33,275 nt of DNA, from NCBI GenBank assembly GCA_036554845.1, contig DATBMP010000339.1, positions 1 to 33,275 on the forward strand, written 5' to 3'. The notes below the pieces were generated by a model that had not been told where the DNA came from, searched no databases, and worked only from the letters and a program-made list of their open reading frames with translations. The DNA comes from Pyrinomonadaceae bacterium. GTDB taxonomy: Bacteria; Acidobacteriota; Blastocatellia; Pyrinomonadales; Pyrinomonadaceae. The translations under genes and the position numbers were made by a program. Positions 18,529-25,726 of this stretch are shown piece by piece (within the stretch, counting starts at the first letter, position 1; each line of letters starts with the position of its first letter).

Positions 18529-19910
18529 GCGGGCACCTTCTCGGCGAACTGCACCGTTTCACTCAACAAGAATGCATCATGCAGCCGCGTGATGACTTCT
18601 CGGACCTTCTCCTCTTCAACCACGAACGTGAGATTGATTCGCGACGCACCTTGCGAGATCAGCGAAACATTGATGTCGCTTAAGCAGCCGAATACTCGCG
18701 CGGCGACACCCGGTGTACCACGCAGTCCTTCGCCAACGACACAGATGATCGCGCGTTGACGTTCGATGTGGACCTCGCCCAGTCGTCGTAATTCATTCGC
18801 GATATCGGGAAGAGCGGTCGCATCATCAAGCGAGATTGAGACAGAAACCTCAGAAGTTGTGACGACGTCGATTTCGGTGCGATACCGGTTGAAGATTTCG
18901 AAGATGGCATGGAGAAAACCGTGCGCACCAAGCATTCGCGCCGAAGTGATTTGGATCAGTGTGATGCCAGTCTTGTGTGCAATGGCTTTGACAGAATGGG
19001 GTGAGACTTCAGTTTGCCGGCAGACGATCGTCCCCTCCGTCTCGGGCGATCGCGCATTGCAGATATGAACTGGAATGTTCTGTTCAACTGCCGGTTGAAT
19101 GGTCTTGGGATGAAGGACCTTGGCGCCAAAGAATGCAAGCTCTGCCGCCTCGCCATACGAAAGTCTCGGGATCGTTCGTGCCTCGGGAAGAACGCGAGGA
19201 TCTGCGGTCAAAACACCGGGGACGTCGGTCCATATTTCGAGTTCGTTCGCGTTGAGGGCGGCGGCGACAATTGCTGCGGTGTAATCCGAGCCACCGCGAC
19301 CAAGCGTTGTTGTGGTGCCGTCGACGGATGCCGCAATGAAGCCGCCGCAAACTGGCACAACATTTTCCCTCAACAAAGGCGTCAGTATTGAACGGGTCTT
19401 CTCGTTCGTCAGGTCTACGATTGGTTCAGCTCGACCGTGATCTCGATTAGTGATGATCAAACGTCGGGAATCAACGTATTGGGTGCGTGGACCAGCTTCA
19501 TCGATAACAGAGGCCAGAAGATCGGCGGAGAGTCGTTCGCCGAAAGAGACGATTTCGTCTTGTAGAGCAGGTCTTGAATTCTGCTGTTCGTTAACCTTGT
19601 TAAGCAGCGTAGCTATTTCTGTCCTGGCGGCAGCGACGGTATCTGAGATTGGTAGCGGGTCGGCCATTAATGCCTCTGCCACATCCAGGTGTCGTTGAAG
19701 ATGTTCGACCAGTGAATCGAGAGCGGTCACAGGATCGCCTTTCGCTGCCAGATCGACGCTGTTGAGGAGCGCATCGGTTACGCGACTCATAGCCGAGACG
19801 ACGATTACTGGTGTCGATGACGCGTGCGATTTGACGATGTCTACGACGCGGCGAAATGCATCCGCATCTTCAACGCAGGTGCCGCCAAACTTCATGATGG
19901 TAGTAGCCAT
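18525..19910 (-). CDS. lysC: Aspartate kinase (lysine-branch copy, riboswitch-controlled)
   Basis: The N-terminus MKFGGTCV, the segment GRGGSDYTAAIVAAAL...IWTDVPGVLTADPR...EAAELAFFGAKVLHP, and C-terminal ACT-like repeats all match aspartate kinase. It is the first gene after the L-box leader. Confidence 0.9.
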   Translation of the reverse strand: MATTIMKFGGTCVEDADAFRRVVDIVKSHASSTPVIVVSAMSRVTDALLNSVDLAAKGDPVTALDSLVEHLQRHLDVAEALMADPLPISDTVAAARTEIATLLNKVNEQQNSRPALQDEIVSFGERLSADLLASVIDEAGPRTQYVDSRRLIITNRDHGRAEPIVDLTNEKTRSILTPLLRENVVPVCGGFIAASVDGTTTTLGRGGSDYTAAIVAAALNANELEIWTDVPGVLTADPRVLPEARTIPRLSYGEAAELAFFGAKVLHPKTIQPAVEQNIPVHICNARSPETEGTIVCRQTEVSPHSVKAIAHKTGITLIQITSARMLGAHGFLHAIFEIFNRYRTEIDVVTTSEVSVSISLDDATALPDIANELRRLGEVHIERQRAIICVVGEGLRGTPGVAARVFGCLSDINVSLISQGASRINLTFVVEEEKVREVITRLHDAFLLSETVQFAEKVPA

Positions 19911-19924
19911 AAATGGTCCAATAC

Positions 19925-19962
19925 AGAAAAAGGCCGGTTGTGTTGGAGTAACACGACCGACC
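19925..19962 (-). terminator. Intrinsic terminator forming the expression platform of the lysine riboswitch
   Basis: On the minus strand the sequence is GGTCGGTCGTGTT-ACTCC-AACACAACCGGCC followed by TTTTTCT. The stem is 13 bp with one mismatch and one GU pair. It ends 14 nt before the lysC ATG. Confidence 0.7.
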
Positions 19963-20037
19963 TCTTGGCAATTGCATCAAGCGCGCGCAGTTTGGGCACT
20001 CGAAATGATCACGTCGTAGCTCTCCACCGGTCAAAAA

Positions 20038-20192
20038 GATCTCGGTGACAGTCCTGCGGATTTAGCCACAGCAACCAACTCATCAGGAGAAGGTGTTCCT
20101 GGTTGAGCTTCGGCGACCTGCCCCTTTCATCTGGACCATTTGCACCTTCGTTTCGGGTGTCAGATTACTCTTGGAGGTCGCGCCTCTACCTT
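20038..20192 (-). promoter_or_regulatory. Lysine riboswitch (L-box) aptamer
   Basis: The minus strand reads GGTAGAGGCGCGACCTCCAAGAGTAATC...GATGAAAGGGGCAGGTCGCCGAAGC...GGACTGTCACCGAGATC. The blocks AGAGGCGC, CAAGAGTA, GAAAGGGG, GTCGCCGAAG and CTGTCA match the conserved L-box core as seen in the B. subtilis lysC leader. It is located upstream of lysC. Confidence 0.85.
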
Positions 20193-20223
20193 GATAGAAA
20201 GATCAGCTTGAAAAAGTTACTAA

Positions 20224-20253
20224 ACCTTAGCGACGACGGCTGCTCAGTGTCAA
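20224..20253 (-). promoter_or_regulatory. Candidate sigma-70-type promoter for the L-box/lys operon transcript
   Basis: The minus strand has TTGACA (20253-20248), an 18-nt spacer, then TAAGGT (20229-20224). It lies about 30 nt upstream of the aptamer 5' end. Confidence 0.4.
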
Positions 20254-20284
20254 GCGTTGTTTCTTCTGGTAGTACGTTCAGTTT

Positions 20285-20365
20285 CTCGCAGCTACAACGG
20301 GATCTGACTTTAATGGTTGGATGCCACGGGCTTGCCCCGTTGGTACTTCGCGCTCGCAGCTACAA
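20285..20365 (+). repeat. Composite repeat: 13-bp direct repeats CTCGCAGCTACAA flanking a 55-bp segment that carries the 26-nt core ATGCCACGGGCTTGCCCCGTTGGTAC
   Basis: The direct repeats are at 20285-20297 and 20353-20365. The core at 20321-20346 is identical to the minus strand of 13725-13750. The flanks are also partly similar, for example GTACTTCGCGCTCGCAG versus GTACCTCACGCTGGCAG. Confidence 0.7.
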
Positions 20366-20516
20366 AGAGAGCACGCAACTGGAGATGCTACGGGGCGAGG
20401 CCTTGGTATACATATATCCGCCTGCGACAGATCCGCGTCCGAAATTATGTTCGTGTCATTTCTCCGGTTTTCGTGGATTATGTTTCCAGTCTTAGCCGGG
20501 AAAGGAATTTAGCTTT

Positions 20517-21371
20517 GTGAGCGGAGAAATTTTAAAAGACGCGCGTCTGGCTTTCGTCGGCTGCGGTGTGATGGCCGAGTCGATCATTGCTGGTCTATTA
20601 AAGAATGATTTAGTTGATCCGAGTCACGTGTTCGGAAGCCACCCTCGTACCGAAAGACGAGAAGAACTTCAATCTCGTTTTGCCGTTCGCATGGTTGAAA
20701 GTAACCGCGAGGCAGTTACCCTGGCCCACTCAGACAGCGGCAGTGTTCCATCAATCGTATTTCTCACCGTCAAGCCGCAACGGTTGAACCTTATTCTTAA
20801 TGAATTAAAAGGCGTCGTTCACGAAGATCAGTTGGTGGTTTCGATAGTCGCCGGCGCGCGCATTGAAACCCTGACCAGCGGATTGCTACACCAGACAATT
20901 GTCCGCGCGATGCCCAACACTCCCGCGCAGATTGGGGAAGGCATGAGTGTTTGGACAGCGACACCCGAGGTTACAGCTGAGCAGCGTCAGCAGATTGAGA
21001 CAATCCTGAGTTCACTCGGTCGCGCCTTGCACGTTGAAGAAGAGAAGATGATCGACATGGCCACTGCATTGTCGGCTACTGGACCAACCTATACGTTTCT
21101 TGTAATGGAGGCGTTGACCGACGCGGGCGTGCATCTCGGTTTCTCGCGTCACGTGGCGCAGGAGTTGGTGGTCCAAACAATGCTCGGCAGCGTGCTCTTC
21201 GCTCGAGAATCACACAAACATCCGGCCGAGTTGCGCAACATGGTTACTTCACCAGGCGGAACTTCAGCGGAGGCAATTTATCAAATGGAGAAGGGAAGTC
21301 TGCGCACCGTACTTTCAAAGGCTGTTTGGGCCGCGTATCAGCGCGCCATCAGCCTCGGTCGTAAAGGCTAG
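20517..21371 (+). CDS. proC: Pyrroline-5-carboxylate reductase
   Basis: The start is GTG. The N-terminal motif is LAFVGCGVMAESIIAGL. Also present are MPNTPAQIGEGMSVW and NMVTSPGGTSAEAIYQMEKG, the latter typical of the ProC C-terminal domain. Confidence 0.88.
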   Translation: MSGEILKDARLAFVGCGVMAESIIAGLLKNDLVDPSHVFGSHPRTERREELQSRFAVRMVESNREAVTLAHSDSGSVPSIVFLTVKPQRLNLILNELKGVVHEDQLVVSIVAGARIETLTSGLLHQTIVRAMPNTPAQIGEGMSVWTATPEVTAEQRQQIETILSSLGRALHVEEEKMIDMATALSATGPTYTFLVMEALTDAGVHLGFSRHVAQELVVQTMLGSVLFARESHKHPAELRNMVTSPGGTSAEAIYQMEKGSLRTVLSKAVWAAYQRAISLGRKG

Positions 21372-21382
21372 ACAGATTACCG

Positions 21383-22831
21383 ATGCCCAGGCAGTGCATC
21401 ATCATGAAGTTTGGCGGCACCTCGATGGGAGATGCGGCGTGTGTGCGGCGCGCGGCAGAGATTGTTGCCGCGGCGGCGAAAGCGGATCCTGTGGTCGTGG
21501 TTGTTTCGGCGATGGGTGGTGTCACTAATCTCTTGATTGACAGCGCGCATCGGTCGGCGAGGGGCGAGTCGGTCGCTGCTGATGAACTTGCCGGTTCTTT
21601 GCGTGAACAACACCATGCAGCCATTGAACAATTGATTGATGATGGCCCGCACCGCAAAGACCTGACTACAGAGGTGGACCTGGTCATCGACGAGATCACA
21701 AGTTTCTGTCGCGGCTCAGCTCTGTTACGTGAACTGACACCCCGTACGCTTGATGTCATTTCGAGTGGTGGCGAGAAACTGTCGGCTCGACTAATGGCCA
21801 GTACGCTGAGAACGTTAGGCGTGAAGAGCGAAGCTGTCGACGCCACAAAGTTTTTGGTTACAGATAATTTTTCTGGTCGAGCAGAACCGCTGATGTTTGA
21901 AACACGCGAGCGAGCCAATGACGTTTTGGTGCCAATGATTGACGCTCAATCAGTTCCGGTTGTGACGGGGTTCATCGGCGCTACTACCCAGGGCATGTTG
22001 ACGACTTTAGGTCGTGGAGGTTCCGACTACTCGGCGACGATCCTTGCTGCAGCATTGGACGCAAAGGAAGTCATCATCTGGACCGATGTCGATGGCGTGT
22101 TGACGGCGGATCCGCGTCTTGTGTCCTCGGCGCGAACGCTGCGCGAGATCACTTACAACGAGGCTGCCGAACTCGCTTATTTTGGCGCGCGTGTATTGCA
22201 TCCGAAGACACTGCGACCCGTGTCGGAAGCTGGCATTCCGGTTTGGATTCGCAATAGTTTTTCTCCGGATCGTGCTGGAACGAAGATCACGACAACCGGG
22301 CATCCATCGGCGCGGGGTGTTAAAGCGATAACTGCGATCACTGAGGTTACTCTCATCACAGTTGGTGGCCGCGGGATGGTTGGTTCACCTGGTGTTGCCG
22401 CGCGAATCTTTGGCGCCGTTGCCAGCACACATGCGAACGTCTTACTTATCTCTCAATCGTCATCCGAAAACGACATCTGTTTTATTGTGAACTCTGTTGA
22501 TGCTGAGCGCACGGTGGAAAAGTTGCGCGAAACATTTGGCCTGGACCAGCCAAATACAGTTGGCCGAAAAGAGGTTGAGCACATCGAGGTCAACCGCGAT
22601 ATCGCGATCGTTGCGGTGGTTGGTGATCGCATGCGCGGAATGCCGGGGATAGCGGGTCGGACGTTCAATAACCTGGGCCAGCAAGGAATCAACATCATCG
22701 CGATAGCGCAAGGGTCGTCTGAATACAATGTGTCGTTTGTTTTGGAAACCGCACGAATGCAAGAGGCGGTACAGTCGTTACATAATGAGTTTGGGCTCGA
22801 GCGTCCAGGAGTCATAGAGGGGGAGCGATGA
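21383..22831 (+). CDS. Aspartate kinase (second copy, in the proC-thr cluster)
   Basis: Matches include MKFGGTSMGD and GRGGSDYSATILAAALDAKEVIIWTDVDGVLTADPR...EAAELAYFGARVLHP, plus two C-terminal ACT-like regions. The start could also be ATG 21404 (MKFGG). It lies only 11 nt after the proC stop. Confidence 0.88.
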   Translation: MPRQCIIMKFGGTSMGDAACVRRAAEIVAAAAKADPVVVVVSAMGGVTNLLIDSAHRSARGESVAADELAGSLREQHHAAIEQLIDDGPHRKDLTTEVDLVIDEITSFCRGSALLRELTPRTLDVISSGGEKLSARLMASTLRTLGVKSEAVDATKFLVTDNFSGRAEPLMFETRERANDVLVPMIDAQSVPVVTGFIGATTQGMLTTLGRGGSDYSATILAAALDAKEVIIWTDVDGVLTADPRLVSSARTLREITYNEAAELAYFGARVLHPKTLRPVSEAGIPVWIRNSFSPDRAGTKITTTGHPSARGVKAITAITEVTLITVGGRGMVGSPGVAARIFGAVASTHANVLLISQSSSENDICFIVNSVDAERTVEKLRETFGLDQPNTVGRKEVEHIEVNRDIAIVAVVGDRMRGMPGIAGRTFNNLGQQGINIIAIAQGSSEYNVSFVLETARMQEAVQSLHNEFGLERPGVIEGER

Positions 22832-22858
22832 ATCGCGCGGTTAGCGAGTGAGTCCTCG

Positions 22859-22937
22859 ATATTGCCGATTGATGATTGCCAATTGCCGATTTCGGTAAGG
22901 ATCAATCCGTCAATCATCAATCGGCAATTGGCAATGT
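22859..22937. repeat. Heptamer-repeat palindrome (ATTGCCG/ATTGATG units) that can form two mutually exclusive perfect helices
   Basis: Bases 22861-22878 (ATTGCCGATTGATGATTG) pair perfectly with 22911-22928, giving 18 bp. Alternatively, 22876-22891 (ATTGCCAATTGCCGAT) pairs perfectly with 22920-22935, giving 16 bp. The element starts 28 nt after the aspartokinase stop. Confidence 0.8.
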
Positions 22938-23031
22938 AACGATCCACCCACTACCGCGAGGTAGTACTGACTCTCATCCACCGCGCAGTCTATTCATCCG
23001 CGGGGTATTTTCAAACGAATAGGGAAGTAGA

Positions 23032-24363
23032 TTGACGTCCACTCCGCAGCAACTCTGTATCGAACCCGCTTGTGGCGCGACATTTCCGCTCAATGATCGT
23101 CTCTACGTCTGTCCACGCTGTGGAGGCCTGTTGGATGTCCAACCAGCATCTCCATCAACTCTTGATCCGGATGAACTGAAGAGTCGATGGACCATGAGGC
23201 TCTCTTCTTTCGACGCGCGCGATCGCAGCGGTGTCTGGCGCTATCGTGAGTTGCTGCCTTTCCATGGCGACGCAAGAATAGTTTCGCTCCTCGAAGGCAA
23301 TACTCCGCTGTACGACGCAACGCGGTCCGCGAATTACTGTGAGATGCAAACGCTGACGTTGAAACACCAGGGTCTCAATCCAACCGGTTCCTTCAAAGAC
23401 ACAGGCATGACCACGGCCATCACGCAGGCAGTGCAACTGGGTGCCACCACCGTTGTTTGCGCGAGTACGGGAAACACTGCGGCGAGTCTGGCCGCCTATG
23501 CCGCGCGTGCCGGGTTGCCGTGCGCGATTCTTGTCCCTCGTGGGCAGGTGAGCCATGCAAAGTTGGCCCAGAGTCTGGATTATGGTGCTGAGGTGATCGA
23601 GATCGACGGGAACTTCGACGACTCGATGCGAGTAATTCGTGAACTCGCCGAAGATGAATCGATTTACCTCGTGAACTCGATCAATCCGTTTCGTATCGAA
23701 GGTCAGAAGACTGTCGCCGTAGAAATGCTTCACCAACGTGATTGGCGCGTGCCCGATCACGTCGTGGTGCCCGGCGGAAATCTGGGAAACAGTTCAGCGC
23801 TGGGGAAGGGCTTTCGAGAGTTACTCGAGCTTGGCGTGATCGATCGATTGCCACGGTTATCCGTAGTTCAGGCTGAAGGTGCTGCCCCGTTTGCTCAATT
23901 ATTTGCAATCGAGAAAGAAGATCATTTCACTGGCGCCGCGGAATTGGTTCCTGTAGAAAATCCCGAGACGCTGGCCACGGCAATCAAGATTGGCGACCCG
24001 GTATCCTGGAAGAAGGCATTGCGTGAAGTTCGAACCAGTGGCGGTAGGGTGATCACGGTTAATGAGCAGGAGATTGCTGACGCCAAAGCTGTGATTGGAA
24101 GAGATGGGGTTGGTTGTGAACCTGCGTCAGCAACAACAGTCGCCGGTATCAGGCAATTAGTTGCGAGTAAATTTATTGGACGTGACGATGATGTGGTCGC
24201 AGTTTTGACCGGACATGTGTTGAAGGATACGAACTACGTAATCAAATATCACGAGGGCGAATTGATCGTCGGTGAAGAACATCAGTTGTTGACAGGAGCC
24301 TTTCGCAATCCACCCGCTCGAGTTAAAGCAACGAAGGAAGCGATCCTCGAATACCTCAGATGA
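23032..24363 (+). CDS. thrC: Threonine synthase with N-terminal Cys4 zinc-ribbon-like segment
   Basis: The TTG start is preceded by GGGAAG. The N-terminal segment is CIEPACG...CPRCGG. The PLP-lysine region is NPTGSFKDTGM. GNTAAS and the overall 443-aa length are consistent with ThrC. Confidence 0.88.
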   Translation: MTSTPQQLCIEPACGATFPLNDRLYVCPRCGGLLDVQPASPSTLDPDELKSRWTMRLSSFDARDRSGVWRYRELLPFHGDARIVSLLEGNTPLYDATRSANYCEMQTLTLKHQGLNPTGSFKDTGMTTAITQAVQLGATTVVCASTGNTAASLAAYAARAGLPCAILVPRGQVSHAKLAQSLDYGAEVIEIDGNFDDSMRVIRELAEDESIYLVNSINPFRIEGQKTVAVEMLHQRDWRVPDHVVVPGGNLGNSSALGKGFRELLELGVIDRLPRLSVVQAEGAAPFAQLFAIEKEDHFTGAAELVPVENPETLATAIKIGDPVSWKKALREVRTSGGRVITVNEQEIADAKAVIGRDGVGCEPASATTVAGIRQLVASKFIGRDDDVVAVLTGHVLKDTNYVIKYHEGELIVGEEHQLLTGAFRNPPARVKATKEAILEYLR

Positions 24364-24605
24364 TTGACGATCTTCAATTTACGGGTGTGCGATTGAGGGT
24401 GTGCGATTGACGATCTTCGATTGACGAGTGACGATTTGTTTGTTGGTTGTGGACCGTTTGCCCGCCAGGGTGCGTGAGTGTATTCGATGAGAAAATCGCC
24501 GATCAACGAATCGAGAATCGTCAATCGAGAACCTTCAATCGACAATCGTCAGTCGTCAATCGAGCAAACGTCAATCGACACTCTTCAATCGCAAATTGCC
24601 AATTC
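24362..24605. repeat. Inverted heptamer arrays: (CGATTGA)-type left arm and (TCAATCG)-type right arm around a G/T-rich spacer
   Basis: CGATTGA occurs at 24390, 24404 and 24418 (14-nt spacing), with TGATTGA at 24361 containing the thrC stop. TCAATCG occurs at 24521, 24535, 24556, 24571 and 24585. The 11-mers CGATTGACGAT (left) and ATCGTCAATCG (right, 24516-24526) are exact complements. The right arm lies inside the thrB ORF. Confidence 0.8.
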
Positions 24606-25509
24606 CTTCTCCGTTCGCGTTCCGTCGTCGTCTTCCAACCTCGGTGCGGGTTTCGACTGTTTTAGTTTGGCGCTCAAACTCCACCTGACTGTTACCGCTA
24701 CGGTTGATGCAGGTGCGAGTGAACCATGTGTGGTTGTGAGTAGTGGTGAAGGCAGCGCGCAGCTTCCGTCGGCGGAGGACAACCTCATCTTTCGCGCAAT
24801 GCAGTTCATTGCCACTCAGGAGGATTGGCAGTTGCCTCCTGTTCGAATAAGTGTCGTGAATGAGATCCCGATTGGCCGAGGGCTTGGTAGCAGTGCCGCC
24901 GCAATCGTTGCCGGACTCACACTTGCTTCGCTGATCTGTGGGCAGAAGTTATCCGCAAATGAGTTGTTGCGTTACGCGTTCGAGATTGAAGGTCACGCTG
25001 ACAATGCCGCTGCTGGAGTTTACGGTGGGTTGGTTGTGAGCACTGTGAAGGCTGACGGCGACGTGGTAGTAGTAAAGCGACCATGGCCCAATGATCTGAA
25101 GGTGATTGTCGTTTCACCGGACGTGCAGTTGAAGACCGCGGATGCTCGACATGTGTTGCCGGAAATGGTTAAGCGCACGGATGCTGTATTCAACCTTCAA
25201 CGCGTCGCCTTGTTCGGGGCGGCATTGGAAAGCGGTCAATACGATCTGCTTTGGGAAGCGATGCAAGACCGGTTGCATCAGAAACAACGACAAGGAATGG
25301 TGCCGGGTTTGGCTGAAGCATTGGCAATTCCGAGGCAACCGGGATTGTTGGGAGTTGCGTTGAGTGGATCAGGTCCGAGCGTAGTGGCCATCGCGCAAGA
25401 TCACGCGCCAGCGATTTGGGAAGCTTTGGAGGCCAAGTTTCGCAGTCACGATCTGAAGGCAACCGTGCGGGTGCTGGAGGTTGATGAGGAAGGGTGCAAG
25501 GTGATTTGA
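24478..25509 (+). CDS. thrB: Homoserine kinase with an unusual repeat-encoded N-terminal extension
   Basis: The GHMP kinase N-terminus is FSVRVPSSSSNLGAGFDCF. Motif 2 is IPIGRGLGSSAAAIVAG. The only in-frame canonical starts are GTG 24478 and ATG 24487, which is 36-39 codons upstream of the conserved core. Confidence 0.8.
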   Translation: MYSMRKSPINESRIVNREPSIDNRQSSIEQTSIDTLQSQIANSFSVRVPSSSSNLGAGFDCFSLALKLHLTVTATVDAGASEPCVVVSSGEGSAQLPSAEDNLIFRAMQFIATQEDWQLPPVRISVVNEIPIGRGLGSSAAAIVAGLTLASLICGQKLSANELLRYAFEIEGHADNAAAGVYGGLVVSTVKADGDVVVVKRPWPNDLKVIVVSPDVQLKTADARHVLPEMVKRTDAVFNLQRVALFGAALESGQYDLLWEAMQDRLHQKQRQGMVPGLAEALAIPRQPGLLGVALSGSGPSVVAIAQDHAPAIWEALEAKFRSHDLKATVRVLEVDEEGCKVI

Positions 25510-25528
25510 GACGGTGGATTGCCGGGCT

Positions 25529-25718
25529 GGAATTTCGGATTTGGGATTTCGGATTGCGGATTTCGTGTCTGGTAAGGGACGCTGATTGGTTTAGCGTTCC
25601 TTACCAAACACGAAATCCGCAATCCGCAATCCGCAATCCGAAATCCGCCCCCCGCAATCCGCAATCCCAAATTCGAAATCCGAAATTCCAAATTCCAAAT
25701 TCCAATTTCCAAATTTCT
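25529..25718. repeat. Inverted heptamer arrays (GGATTTC/GGATTGC left; GAAATCC/GCAATCC/AAATTCC right) enclosing a 13-bp central hairpin
   Basis: Left-arm bases 25550-25568 pair perfectly (19 bp) with 25608-25626. The central stem GGTAAGGGACGCT (25571-25583) pairs with AGCGTTCCTTACC (25593-25605). The right arm continues with about 13 more heptamer units, ending 8 nt before the ATG at 25727. Unit sequences are the same family as at 8345-8584. Confidence 0.85.
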
Positions 25719-25726
25719 TCATTCTT

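Noticed and set aside
20103-20520. ORFs 20103..20495, 20317..20520 and 20321..20512 as genes in the lysC/proC intergenic region
   Set aside because: These three mutually overlapping frames cover the L-box aptamer, its promoter and the repeat element. They have no RBS, no recognisable family and atypical composition. The region is better explained as a regulatory and repeat region.
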